From positions 704,122-768,121 of the forward strand of contig OZ242172.1 in NCBI GenBank assembly GCA_965205645.1: a stretch of 64,000 nucleotides of DNA. The letters run 5' to 3'. Both the position numbers and the translations under genes were made by a program. The notes beneath the pieces are model-generated. The model ran no database searches and had not been told where the DNA came from. It worked only from the letters and a program-made list of their open reading frames with translations. Positions 24,617-34,525 of this stretch are shown here, one piece after another. Numbering within the stretch: position 1 is the first letter of the stretch; each line of letters starts with the position of its first letter. The DNA comes from Bdellovibrionales bacterium. GTDB taxonomy: Bacteria; Bdellovibrionota; Bdellovibrionia; Bdellovibrionales; UBA1609.

Positions 24617-26563
24617 TTATAAGTTGTTGTATTTATTGGTTTTATAAAGATCACTTAATAGCTTATTTTTTTTCTTGTTAAAATAGAAATTAATAATATC
24701 GCGAGCGATAGGAGCGGATCCAGCGGATCCAGAGCAAGAATGTTCTGTTAAAACAGATACAACAATTTCTGGTTGTTCTGCTGGGGCAAAAGCGACGAAC
24801 CATCCATGGTGTCTGTGTTCGTAAGGGCGAGTTTTGCATTTTTTATAAATATTCTGTTTAGATAGAGAAATCACTTGTGCAGTACCGGTTTTACCGGCAA
24901 TAGATACGTTTTTCACTCGGTACCATTTAGCAGTACCATTTTCACCTTGTACTACACGTGTTAATGCTTTTTTTATTGTTTGGAAGTGAATTTTATCAAT
25001 AGAGGAATGCAGACTATGAATCATATGCGGTTGAAAAGTTTGTAATACTTGATTATTGGAATCAATAATTTGTTTAACAATAAAAGGCTGCATGATGTTA
25101 CCTTCTGTGGCAATTGCGTTGAAAGCAACTGCCATTTGTAAAGGAGTTGCAAGAATAAACCCTTGTCCAATTGCATGAGATAGATTTTCACCTGGTTGCC
25201 AGGATTCACCTAAGTTTTGTTTTTTCCATTTTCTATTGGGTATAAAACCGGGGGTTTCCCCTTCCAGTTGAATATTTGTCTTTTTTCCTAAATTAAGAAG
25301 ATGTGCATAATGTGCTATCGGATCAATACCTATTTGAATACCTAATTTATAAAAAAATACATTAGCCGATCGTTCAATTGCTGATAGGACGTTGATTGCT
25401 CCATGCCCTGTTTGCCGATAATCATGATATATACGTCCATTGAATACTAAGTGTGGTGGTGATTGAATAAGAGTATTCTTTGTGATGATACCTGTTTGTA
25501 AAGCAGCTAATGCGACGATAGGTTTAAATACAGAACCAGGTGCATAATGGTTTTGAATAGCTTTGTTTCTTAAAGGCTGCAAAGAATCACTGGCAAGTTT
25601 CATCCATTCTGTTTTAGAAAGTCCGATGGAAAAAGCATTTGGATCATAGGCCGGAGAAGAACATAAGGCTAAAATTTCTCCATTTGTTTTCATCACTATA
25701 ACAGCTCCTGTGCGAGGACCGATGGAATCTTTACGTAAAAAGCTATTATATGTTTTTTCCTGGAGTTCTTTATCAATAGTTAATACTAAATTATGACCAC
25801 GCACGGGTTGTTTTGGTTGAAAACTCCATAGTCTGGCAATGTTAGAACTGGATTTACGGTTATGGACATTAACTTCTACAAAAGAGAATCCATCCTCTCC
25901 TCGCAGTTCATGTTCCCATATGGATTCTAGCCCGCTTTTACCAACTAAATCGCCGGGTCGAAAATGAAAACGATGTTTATATTTTTTAAATTTGTTTATT
26001 TGTTTTTTAGATATTTCTCCCATATAACCAAATAAATGTGCTGCATTTTTTTTAAGAGGATAATGTCGGATAGCTGTTTGTTTTATATTCATGCCAGTGA
26101 AATTCAATTGTAAAGATTTTAGTTGTGTTATTTGGTGAATGTTCAGATGTTTTTTAATCACTGCTGGTCGAAAGGGACCATATTGTTTCTCACTTGTTTT
26201 CACTTTTTTTATAATATACTTAATAGGCTTATGGATAATAGGAGCAATGTGTTCTGCTATATTTGGTAGATCGTGAATGTATTGAGGCGTAAGTGTTAAT
26301 TTCAATCCTTGCTGATTATTTACTAAAGTATGGTGGTGACGATCTAAAATCCAACCTCTTTCTGCTAAGATGATACTTTCTTTTAAGCGATTTCTTTCTG
26401 AATATTGTCGGAGAGTTTCTCCATGTAGAATTTGCAAATACCATAATCGGCTAGTCAGTAGAAGAGCAGCACTAATTAACAACCAATAAATAAATTTCCA
26501 TCGGGGAATCATTTCCCTGAGTTCTTCTTCTATCCTCGGTAATTTTTCTCTAAATTGATTCAT
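24617..26563 (-). CDS. mrdA: Penicillin-binding protein 2 (elongasome transpeptidase)
   Basis: SxxK (GSVFKP) and KTG (GKTGTAQ) motifs. mreCD-mrdA-rodA context. Confidence 0.9.
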   Translation of the reverse strand: MNQFREKLPRIEEELREMIPRWKFIYWLLISAALLLTSRLWYLQILHGETLRQYSERNRLKESIILAERGWILDRHHHTLVNNQQGLKLTLTPQYIHDLPNIAEHIAPIIHKPIKYIIKKVKTSEKQYGPFRPAVIKKHLNIHQITQLKSLQLNFTGMNIKQTAIRHYPLKKNAAHLFGYMGEISKKQINKFKKYKHRFHFRPGDLVGKSGLESIWEHELRGEDGFSFVEVNVHNRKSSSNIARLWSFQPKQPVRGHNLVLTIDKELQEKTYNSFLRKDSIGPRTGAVIVMKTNGEILALCSSPAYDPNAFSIGLSKTEWMKLASDSLQPLRNKAIQNHYAPGSVFKPIVALAALQTGIITKNTLIQSPPHLVFNGRIYHDYRQTGHGAINVLSAIERSANVFFYKLGIQIGIDPIAHYAHLLNLGKKTNIQLEGETPGFIPNRKWKKQNLGESWQPGENLSHAIGQGFILATPLQMAVAFNAIATEGNIMQPFIVKQIIDSNNQVLQTFQPHMIHSLHSSIDKIHFQTIKKALTRVVQGENGTAKWYRVKNVSIAGKTGTAQVISLSKQNIYKKCKTRPYEHRHHGWFVAFAPAEQPEIVVSVLTEHSCSGSAGSAPIARDIINFYFNKKKNKLLSDLYKTNKYNNL

Positions 26564-26566
26564 TTG

Positions 26567-27091
26567 TTATATTATTTTTTTATGTGTTTTTTTGAGACAA
26601 AGTTGGTCAGTTTGTTGTAATAACAAAAATAAAGGGAAGCTTAATAGCCATGATATCATACCTCCTCCTATCCAATATAATACAGGAGGAAAATAAAAAT
26701 GATTTTCCAGCAAAATAGATGATATCCACAATAACGGAGGAAAAAACAGTAAACTGATCGCGCAAGCTGTGCTGAAAAAGGTCCAGCTAGTATAATATAC
26801 TCTTTTAAAAAAAAGTGTAATCAAAAATATTAACGAATGGATTAATAATAAATGGCTGATTAATACTGTGGAACTGGCAGCAACCAAAAAGGAGAGAAAG
26901 TAAATCATTAGAGTCGCTTTCCATGTTGTGCGATAAAGTAGCCAGTATATTAAGCAAGGTATCCATAGGTAAAGAGGAAGATGTTTTCCAAAGATTTCTG
27001 GCCAAAAAGAATTTTGAAAAATGATCACCAGTACCATTAAAAAAATCGTCAATGTGTCGCTTAATAAGTTGGTTTTATAAATCGTTGACAT
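26567..27091 (-). CDS. mreD: Rod shape-determining protein MreD
   Basis: 174-aa polytopic membrane protein between mreC and mrdA. Confidence 0.75.
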   Translation of the reverse strand: MSTIYKTNLLSDTLTIFLMVLVIIFQNSFWPEIFGKHLPLYLWIPCLIYWLLYRTTWKATLMIYFLSFLVAASSTVLISHLLLIHSLIFLITLFFKRVYYTSWTFFSTACAISLLFFPPLLWISSILLENHFYFPPVLYWIGGGMISWLLSFPLFLLLQQTDQLCLKKTHKKII

Positions 27092-27923
27092 GGGAAGGGT
27101 TCCTGTCCGGATTTTGGTGTGTAATAATAAGCACTTCTTCCAGTTCAGAGGGATTAATGAAAGGAGTGATGATCACTTCCTGGGTGAGGCCATAAGTTTC
27201 TTTAGTAATTTTACTCACTTTACCAATGGGAAAACCTCCAGCTAAGTTAGAATGAGTTTTTGCAGTCACAACAATATCTCCTTCTTTTACATCATCTCTT
27301 CTTTTTAGATATTTTAATTGGGCTTTATTACGGTTTATTCCTTCTACAATTCCCTGTATTCGTGAACGCTGAATAACAGCGAGAACAGCAGAATGAGGGT
27401 CTGTTAATAAAATGACCTGCGAAAATGTTGCTTGTGTGCGGAATACATAGCCAATAAATCCTTTTTCTGCAATGACTGGCATATTTTTTTCCACACCATG
27501 TTGCTTACCTCTGTTCAGCGTGATTAGTTGGTACTGTGATAAGGGATCGCGTCCGATCACTTGAGCAAATAAAGATTGCCAGTTGCCGGTTTGATTAAAT
27601 TGCATCAAATTTTTTAAACGGGTATTTTCCTGCTTTACCTCATCTAATAGAATTAATTTTGCTTTTAATTGCTTATTTTCCAATGTTAATTGTCTATTTT
27701 CTTTATTCGTATGAATTAAATATAAATACGTACTCACTGTGTTAAATATCGCAGAGGAAAAGGATTGGCTCCACATTTGTGTTTTTCCGGAGAGATATAA
27801 AAAAGATTGAAAGAATAGGTTTTTCTCCAGTTGCTGGCGATCCAAAGTGATTAAAAATAGAGGAACCAGCACTAAACAACATATCAAAAACGTCTTTTTT
27901 AAGTTGAAATTAAAAAAATACAA
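27075..27923 (-). CDS. mreC: Rod shape-determining protein MreC
   Basis: N-terminal TM, coiled coil (ENKQLKAKLILLDEVKQEN), and beta-domain GFIGYV...GIVEG. Confidence 0.85.
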   Translation of the reverse strand: MYFFNFNLKKTFLICCLVLVPLFLITLDRQQLEKNLFFQSFLYLSGKTQMWSQSFSSAIFNTVSTYLYLIHTNKENRQLTLENKQLKAKLILLDEVKQENTRLKNLMQFNQTGNWQSLFAQVIGRDPLSQYQLITLNRGKQHGVEKNMPVIAEKGFIGYVFRTQATFSQVILLTDPHSAVLAVIQRSRIQGIVEGINRNKAQLKYLKRRDDVKEGDIVVTAKTHSNLAGGFPIGKVSKITKETYGLTQEVIITPFINPSELEEVLIITHQNPDRNPSHVNDL

Positions 27924-27980
27924 TACCTTCTCCCTAATCAGACTTGATTATTACGTAGAAGATTATAAAACAAGAAGACT

Positions 27981-28994
27981 ATGTTTGAAAAAATAAGAAA
28001 ACCTTTTCGAGCTAAAACTATTATTTCTTATATTATATTTTCTGTCATTTGTCTGGTTTTTGTTTTTATTGGTGTGCCCTCTCAGCAGATGTCTTCTCTG
28101 GGTGGCGCTGCCTTAATTGTGAATAATCAAGTGATTTCTTGGTCAGAATATCAAGATTATTTGGAGCTATTGAGGAGCCAGTTAGCCGCAGATACTTCTA
28201 CTCAATTGGAAGCTAAGCGTCAAAAACAGTTACGTACGCAAGCAATTGATGCTTTGCTTAATACAGAGTTAATGGTGCAACAAGCAAGAGCTCGTGGTGT
28301 TGTGGTATCGGATCTTGCGGTACGAGATCGTATTGTTCGGTTATCTGTTTTTAAAGAAGACGGTCGTTTTTCACGTCAGAGGTATTATTCTTTTCTATCC
28401 GCTCGTCGCTGGTCTGCTACTCATTTTGAGAATAAAATTCAGCGGGAATTACAGGTCACTCGTTTGCAACAACTGTTTCATCAAGCAGTGTCTACGTCTC
28501 AAGTAGAAACCAATAAAAATCAGCGGCTGAGTGCATTTAGGACTCGCGTACATTATGTATCTTTTCCCTCTAATAGTATACGTGAACAGGAGAGGCAATT
28601 TTTAACAGAATGGATACAGCAGGGAAAAGAGGATTTACTGAATCAGATGGTAAAAGATAAAAATTGGGAATGGGAGCAAACAGAGGAGTTTGATCTTAGC
28701 CGAAGGTTTCTTCCAGGTTTACCGTCTTTTAGAAAGTTATTTGATGAGGTAGTGCGAAGCGCACCTCAAGGAGGACTAATTAGCAAGATTATTAAAATTA
28801 AAGATCAATCGTTTGTATTAAAAGTAGAGCCTTTCTATCAAAAAACATCAGATAGCAAAAATGTATCTGAACGATCTTCGGTTCCTTTTTTTACAGATAG
28901 AATAATGGGGCGGATGTTTTTTTTATCATGGATGGAATCTGTACGCGCGCGTGCAAAATTAAAATGGAATCCTCGCTTACAGAATACTCTTTAG
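27981..28994 (+). CDS. PpiD/SurA-N-like membrane-anchored periplasmic chaperone, no obvious rotamase domain
   Basis: N-terminal anchor, and ALIVNNQVISWSEYQDYL...ALLNTELMVQQARARGVVVSD typical of SurA_N. Confidence 0.6.
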   Translation: MFEKIRKPFRAKTIISYIIFSVICLVFVFIGVPSQQMSSLGGAALIVNNQVISWSEYQDYLELLRSQLAADTSTQLEAKRQKQLRTQAIDALLNTELMVQQARARGVVVSDLAVRDRIVRLSVFKEDGRFSRQRYYSFLSARRWSATHFENKIQRELQVTRLQQLFHQAVSTSQVETNKNQRLSAFRTRVHYVSFPSNSIREQERQFLTEWIQQGKEDLLNQMVKDKNWEWEQTEEFDLSRRFLPGLPSFRKLFDEVVRSAPQGGLISKIIKIKDQSFVLKVEPFYQKTSDSKNVSERSSVPFFTDRIMGRMFFLSWMESVRARAKLKWNPRLQNTL

Positions 28995-29207
28995 ATTCCT
29001 GTTGTTGGAATTTAGTTCTTTCGGTTAACTTTAGTCTTAAAACTTGAGTCTTAATATTAGGTAGATCGTCTTGTCTTTACTAGCTGTCCGGCTTAAATTC
29101 TGAGTCTGTGTTTTAAAAATCAAATATTTAAAATATTTTTTATTCAAAGTTTAACGACAGTCGCACGATATATATCAATGGATAAAACATAATCGCGGAG
29201 GTTTGAA

Positions 29208-30482
29208 ATGAAAAAGGCTATAAGGTTACTATTGTTGTCAGTTGTTATTTTATTAACTGGTTGTAATTCTAATGTTAGTTTTTTATCAGAGGAAGATGAA
29301 GGATCACCTTGGTATAGAGATTTAACCTCTCGCGTGGAAACTACCGATAAAGGGAAAATTCATATCAAGGGTAAAAAGTTTAAAAAAACTAAAAAACGGA
29401 TAAAAGGTGTTGAGAAAGATTTGGTTGAATCTAAGGTGGATAGAAAGCCGGTCTGGGTGGAAAAATTAGATAGAAAAACAACAAAGGTGCATATAAGAGG
29501 AAAAGCAAAAGTGCGTCCTCAGCAAAAAACAGTGAGTGATATTGTGACTCCTACTAAAGAGCCAAGAGCTCCTTGGGTGAAGAAGTTAAAGCGAGAAGTT
29601 ACTCAGTCATTATTAAAAAGCAAATCAAAATCTCCTCGTGCAGAAGTAAATGTTCAAACAGATATGGTTGGAGCACGCAACTTATCGCGTGGAAAGAAAG
29701 TAGATATTATTTTTAGTGTAGATACGTCGGATTCTATGTATGAATTTCTGAGTCAGGCAGAGTTTACTTTTGAGGGATTTACTCAGGAGTTAGCCCCTTT
29801 AGATTGGAGAATTTTATTTGTAAATGCAGATAATGGTCAAAATGGAGATCATTTATTTGCTTTTAATTCTCCTTATGGCCAGGGTAAGCTGCTACCACTA
29901 GAAGATGAAGATGATGGAGAATTTTTGAGTCAACATAAGTATTTATCAAAAGAAGTGAAAAACTATGAATCTATCTTTATAAATACAATTAGCCATCATG
30001 CTTTTGATAAATATTCTGATTACGGTGAAAATTATGTTACTGAATGCGAGGTTTCTCCTGGCTGTGGTGGATGGAATGAACAGCCTCTAAGTAATTTGAA
30101 AGCGGCTTTAATAAAGAATAAGAAGCTATTTCGTCCAGACGCGCATAAAGTTGTGATCGTTATTTCAGATAATGATGAAGGAGAAAATCAGACAAGCAAT
30201 GTTGGGCAAAAAGTGACTCCAGAAAATATTGTGAATGTGTTTAAAAAATTATATAAGAACAACCGGTGGGTTACTTATGGAGTGTTAATGCCTCCAGGTG
30301 ATCGAGAATGCCAACAACAAGTATATTCTGGTTGGTGGAGTACTGTCGTGGATGGGGATCAATACGGCGTTAATCATACAAGCTTGGCAAAGCTGACTAA
30401 ACTCACTGGCGGCGTGAATTTTAGCCTTTGTGAGAAAAGCTATCGGCCTTTAGCAGGTAAAATTGTTGCAGATTTTAAATAA
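29208..30482 (+). CDS. Lipoprotein with a vWA-like domain
   Basis: Lipobox LLTGC. MIDAS-like VDIIFSVDTSDSM. Lys-rich N-terminal region with the repeated motif PVWVEKL/PWVKKL. Confidence 0.6.
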   Translation: MKKAIRLLLLSVVILLTGCNSNVSFLSEEDEGSPWYRDLTSRVETTDKGKIHIKGKKFKKTKKRIKGVEKDLVESKVDRKPVWVEKLDRKTTKVHIRGKAKVRPQQKTVSDIVTPTKEPRAPWVKKLKREVTQSLLKSKSKSPRAEVNVQTDMVGARNLSRGKKVDIIFSVDTSDSMYEFLSQAEFTFEGFTQELAPLDWRILFVNADNGQNGDHLFAFNSPYGQGKLLPLEDEDDGEFLSQHKYLSKEVKNYESIFINTISHHAFDKYSDYGENYVTECEVSPGCGGWNEQPLSNLKAALIKNKKLFRPDAHKVVIVISDNDEGENQTSNVGQKVTPENIVNVFKKLYKNNRWVTYGVLMPPGDRECQQQVYSGWWSTVVDGDQYGVNHTSLAKLTKLTGGVNFSLCEKSYRPLAGKIVADFK

Positions 30483-30500
30483 ATAATTTATGACTGCTAT

Positions 30501-31475
30501 ATGAAGCATTATTTTTTGTGTTTTTTCTGCTGTATTGTATTGCTGATATTAGCTGGTGGATGTGGTTTAGTGGGGCATACAGAAAATTCCGCTTTAACAG
30601 AAGCGGCGGATGTGTCTTTGTCTCCCAAGCCACCGAAAGTTTCTGGACCAGCCGTTAAAAAGAAAATAGATATTTTATTTGTAGTAGATTCTAATCCAGC
30701 TTTAATGGATACTTATCTTAAAAACGTTAAAAACAGCTTTAAGGATTTTATTAGTATATTATCTGCCGCTGTGGAATGGAAAATTGCCTTTACCAGTGCA
30801 GATTATGATCCAGACAGTATGGATCATTATCATCACAATTTGTTTGCCGGTAATTTTATGCCTTTGGAATTAAATGGTGAAGTGACATTGGATCATGTTT
30901 TGTATTCTCATGCAAAAAATAGAGATCATATTTTTTTAAATACTTTAAAAAGATATGAGCTAGGCGATGTAAAAGGAAAGAATGTGGATCCTTGTCAATT
31001 GCCACCTTATTGCCAAAGTTATATTCGCAATCCTGTTCAATCTTTATTGCAAGCCATCACTTTCAACCCTGGCTTTTTTAGATATGATGCGCAGGCCGTT
31101 GCCGTTATTTTTACTAATGGGGATGAAATGTCTGCTGTAGCGGAGAAAAAAGACGACACTGAAAATGTAGAAGTGGTTAATGAGCAAATGATGGAAGAAA
31201 AAAATACAGAAAGTATACAAGACAGTTTAGCGGTCAAATTACAAAATGTATTTCAGAAGCATTACGGAAGTTATCGGTCCATACGAGTGTTTAGTATTTC
31301 TGTTATTCCGGATGATGAAGATTGTTTAAACCAAGTGGCGACTGAACGGAATGTACCAGGTGTTGCCTATAGCACATATATTTATGAAGTGGTAAAACAC
31401 ACTGGCGGTCGTATGGTTAGTATCTGCTTGCCACATTATTCTGCGTTGGCTTCTGCTATCGTTCACACGGAATAA
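30501..31475 (+). CDS. Paralogous lipoprotein with a degenerate vWA-like domain
   Basis: Lipobox AGGC. IDILFVVDSNPALM aligns to the MIDAS strand but lacks DxSxS. The C-terminal TGG(R/V)..S(I/L)C is shared with the upstream gene. Confidence 0.5.
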   Translation: MKHYFLCFFCCIVLLILAGGCGLVGHTENSALTEAADVSLSPKPPKVSGPAVKKKIDILFVVDSNPALMDTYLKNVKNSFKDFISILSAAVEWKIAFTSADYDPDSMDHYHHNLFAGNFMPLELNGEVTLDHVLYSHAKNRDHIFLNTLKRYELGDVKGKNVDPCQLPPYCQSYIRNPVQSLLQAITFNPGFFRYDAQAVAVIFTNGDEMSAVAEKKDDTENVEVVNEQMMEEKNTESIQDSLAVKLQNVFQKHYGSYRSIRVFSISVIPDDEDCLNQVATERNVPGVAYSTYIYEVVKHTGGRMVSICLPHYSALASAIVHTE

Positions 31476-31523
31476 GGTTTTTTATAAATATTGTAGGTCT
31501 TAAAAATAATAGTTGTTATTGTT

Positions 31524-31796
31524 ATGATACGTACGTTGTTTGTTTCCGCTCCATTAGAGCATATTAAAAGGGAGCGAGTGAAATCCAGTCGCTTAAAAAA
31601 AACTCGTTGGTGGCGAGAAAAAATCAATCAAGGCCAGTGTTATCATTGTGAAAAAAAATTTAATAAGAAAGAACTCAGCATGGATCACTTAATTCCTTTG
31701 GCGCGTGGCGGACACAGTCTTAAAAATAATGTTGTGGTATCCTGTCTAAAATGCAATGCCAAAAAGAAATATAATATTTTATTGAAATCTCATTGA
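31524..31796 (+). CDS. Stand-alone HNH endonuclease
   Basis: CYHC...MDHLIPLARGGHSLKNNVVVSCLKCNAKK gives CxxC/CxxC zinc ligands plus the H-N-N/H core. Confidence 0.8.
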   Translation: MIRTLFVSAPLEHIKRERVKSSRLKKTRWWREKINQGQCYHCEKKFNKKELSMDHLIPLARGGHSLKNNVVVSCLKCNAKKKYNILLKSH

Positions 31797-31820
31797 GTTA
31801 TATATGTAGATTTGTATTTC

Positions 31821-33656
31821 TTAAAAAGATATGTTGGTGTTTGGTAATACTGCTTGTGCTTGTTCATGTAGTGTAGGTTTTAATCCTTTAGGAAAAGGGT
31901 TGTGATCTAGTCTTAGCCATTTTAAGGAAGGCATCTTTGTGAAAAAAACCCAATGTGGAATCCATTGAAATTGATTATTATATAAGTACAACTCTGCCAG
32001 TTGAGGAAGATCGGCTGCTTTTGTTGGCAACCAACTGATGGGGTTATTTTGTAATTCTAATTTTTGTAACTTATATAAACCGTTAAAAGCTGCAGCAGAT
32101 ATTTGAGATATAGTCGTATTGTTTAGTGTGAGCCATTCTAGGTTTTGGAGATAGACAAAGCCGTTTTGTGGTAGCCATGGTATTGGGTTGTTATGCAGTT
32201 TCAATATTGTTACAGAATCTAATCTAGCAAACATGTTTTTATGTAGCATTTCTATCAGGTTATTATTTAAGTAAAGCATAAGTAGTAAACGCATATTCTG
32301 GAAACTATGTTGTGGAATTCGTTGGATATAATTATGAGATAGATTCAGAGTTTTTATGGAAGAAATTCCATTGATGCTCCATACCACTGGAATGTGTTTG
32401 ATGTGGTTGTGGTCCAGCTCTATTTTTTGTATAATAGTTAGTCCTTTAAAAGCGTTGTGCACTATTCGTTTGATGAAATTGTGACTCAGTTTTAGCCATT
32501 CTAATGCATTCAAAGAGTTGAATATATTTTTTGGTAGTTTTTCTATTTTATTATTATTTAGCTTAAGTGTTCTTAATTGAGATAAACCATTAAAGCTATT
32601 TGTCAGTAGCGTTTTTATTTTATTGTTGCTTAAATCCAGTATTTTTAAATTTTTTTGATTATAAAAAAGATATTCTGGAATGGATTCAGTTTTATTATTG
32701 CTGGCATCTAACCATTGAAGTTGAGCTAAGGTTGTAAAGATTTGCGTTGGCCATTTTGGTATTTTATTGTCGTTTATATATAACCACTTTAAAGAAGTTA
32801 GAGCTGCGAAAATATTTTCAGCCAGCTTTTCTATTTTGTTATTATACAGATACAGGTCCTGCAGTTTAGTCAGGGATGCAAAGACATTTTTTGGTAAATC
32901 TCTTATTTGATTATTATGTAAATACAGGGTTTGCAATTTGTGTAGTTGATTGAATGCATATTGTGCAATGTGGTTTATTAAATTGTTATGTAAATACAGG
33001 TTATGTAGCTGAACTTGGGGAGAAAAAAGCCCTTGTTGCAGATCTGTTATTTGATTGTGGTTCAAGTAGAGATCCTCTAACAATGAAAGTTTGTTAAAAA
33101 CACCATCTGGCAGATTTGTTTGTATTTGATTATGGTTTAGAGTTAACCATTTTAATTGAATTAAATGATCAAAAATCTTTTCCGGTAAGATTTTTATTTT
33201 ATTGTGATCTAATAACAGGTATTTTAGAGAAAACAGAAAATGAAAATCATCCGATTTTAGTGTTTCAATGTCTTTGTTAGAAAGATCTAATTTAGCTATT
33301 TTTTTTAGTTCAGTTGATGTGACATGTATGCAATTTTTTTTGAGGATTTTTCTCAAAATAGCTTGTCTGACTTGCGGTGTGCGATTGCAGATATTATGAA
33401 ACGTAGGTTTTGCCGCTGGCTCATTATTTAATTGATTGAAGCGATTGAAATGCCGGTCTATTAGACGATCAAATTGGTCATCCGAATCCGAATCCGAATC
33501 CTTATTTTGGCTGAATGTATTTGTTGTCTGATTTGTGTCCGTAGAGAACATGTTCATAGTGGCCCAGCTACTATAAGTATAAAATGCGATAGCACAGGAT
33601 AATATTTTATGAATGGTTTTTATAGTTTGATTTTTTTTAACTGTTTGTGCATTCAT
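31821..33656 (-). CDS. Secreted leucine-rich-repeat protein, about 19 x 24-aa 'typical' LRRs
   Basis: Repeating LxxLxLxxNxIxxLPxxxFxxL units (e.g. LQTLYLHNNQIRDLPKNVFASLTK). N-terminal signal-like region and a DSDSDSDD linker. Confidence 0.85.
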   Translation of the reverse strand: MNAQTVKKNQTIKTIHKILSCAIAFYTYSSWATMNMFSTDTNQTTNTFSQNKDSDSDSDDQFDRLIDRHFNRFNQLNNEPAAKPTFHNICNRTPQVRQAILRKILKKNCIHVTSTELKKIAKLDLSNKDIETLKSDDFHFLFSLKYLLLDHNKIKILPEKIFDHLIQLKWLTLNHNQIQTNLPDGVFNKLSLLEDLYLNHNQITDLQQGLFSPQVQLHNLYLHNNLINHIAQYAFNQLHKLQTLYLHNNQIRDLPKNVFASLTKLQDLYLYNNKIEKLAENIFAALTSLKWLYINDNKIPKWPTQIFTTLAQLQWLDASNNKTESIPEYLFYNQKNLKILDLSNNKIKTLLTNSFNGLSQLRTLKLNNNKIEKLPKNIFNSLNALEWLKLSHNFIKRIVHNAFKGLTIIQKIELDHNHIKHIPVVWSINGISSIKTLNLSHNYIQRIPQHSFQNMRLLLMLYLNNNLIEMLHKNMFARLDSVTILKLHNNPIPWLPQNGFVYLQNLEWLTLNNTTISQISAAAFNGLYKLQKLELQNNPISWLPTKAADLPQLAELYLYNNQFQWIPHWVFFTKMPSLKWLRLDHNPFPKGLKPTLHEQAQAVLPNTNISF

Positions 33657-34040
33657 GATTTCAGCTCGTCATTATGTTTAAGTGATAGTATTTACTGATA
33701 TACATTCACTTTGTAAAGGTAGTTATTTCAGTATTAACGAAAATAAGCTATTACTCTTGATCGTATCTTTTATTGTTGAGGTATTTTACTGTCAATATAT
33801 ATTAAATATTTTCTAAAAATAGCTATGTAATTTTTACAATATAGATCCTAACTGCGGGAACAGCTGTCATTATTACGATAGGTGTTGGATCCTCAGGGGA
33901 TGTAAAGCCAAAAATCTTAATGGAATACAAGATCTTGATATGGAGTGCACAGTCGAAAGTCTTACTTGTTGTGATAATACTCTAATTTTTATTTATCTTT
34001 TATTTTTTTTGGTATGTAATAAATTAAGACAATAAAAGCA

Positions 34041-34340
34041 ATGCGGAGAAAATATAAAATGCAATATATAAAAAAAATCATTATCTGTTGTTGTGTATTG
34101 CTTCTATCACCTCTGGCTTTCGGTGTTATTTCAGATGTACATATTACGGGCTTTATTGTGAAATATAACAAGGACACAGTTCAGTTGCAGCAAAGAGGCA
34201 ATCGCACAATCACTGTACCAAGAAGTGCTATTCCCAAGGATTTTCCATTAAAGACAGGAAGAGAGGTAACAGTTGTTATCAGTGGCAAAGAATTTATGAA
34301 AAGAATAAATCAAAAACAAGTAGCAGCAAAAAAAGAAACA
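34041..34340 (+). repeat. 300-bp near-identical duplicate (2 mismatches) of 35579..35878
   Basis: Hand alignment at an offset of 1538 bp. The differences are at 34045 (G/A) and about 34168 (A/G, giving Asn/Asp). Confidence 0.9.
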
Positions 34341-34388
34341 AAACAGATCCATAAGCATAAAAAGAGCAAATCAGACACCAGCAAATAA
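34041..34388 (+). CDS. Small secreted protein with a Lys-rich tail (family A, copy 1)
   Basis: Signal peptide IICCCVLLLSPLAFG. Near-identical to the 35579 ORF over the first 100 codons. Confidence 0.65.
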   Translation: MRRKYKMQYIKKIIICCCVLLLSPLAFGVISDVHITGFIVKYNKDTVQLQQRGNRTITVPRSAIPKDFPLKTGREVTVVISGKEFMKRINQKQVAAKKETKQIHKHKKSKSDTSK

Positions 34389-34525
34389 TTTCTGATAAGA
34401 AATATATGATGTACATCATAGTTATGAATCTGATGTTTGGAATTTAAAAATATTAATGGTAGCAGCTAGATTAAAAAACTGAGGATATAGAGTAAGAAAA
34501 GGCAAAGAAGCGAAAAGGAAATATT

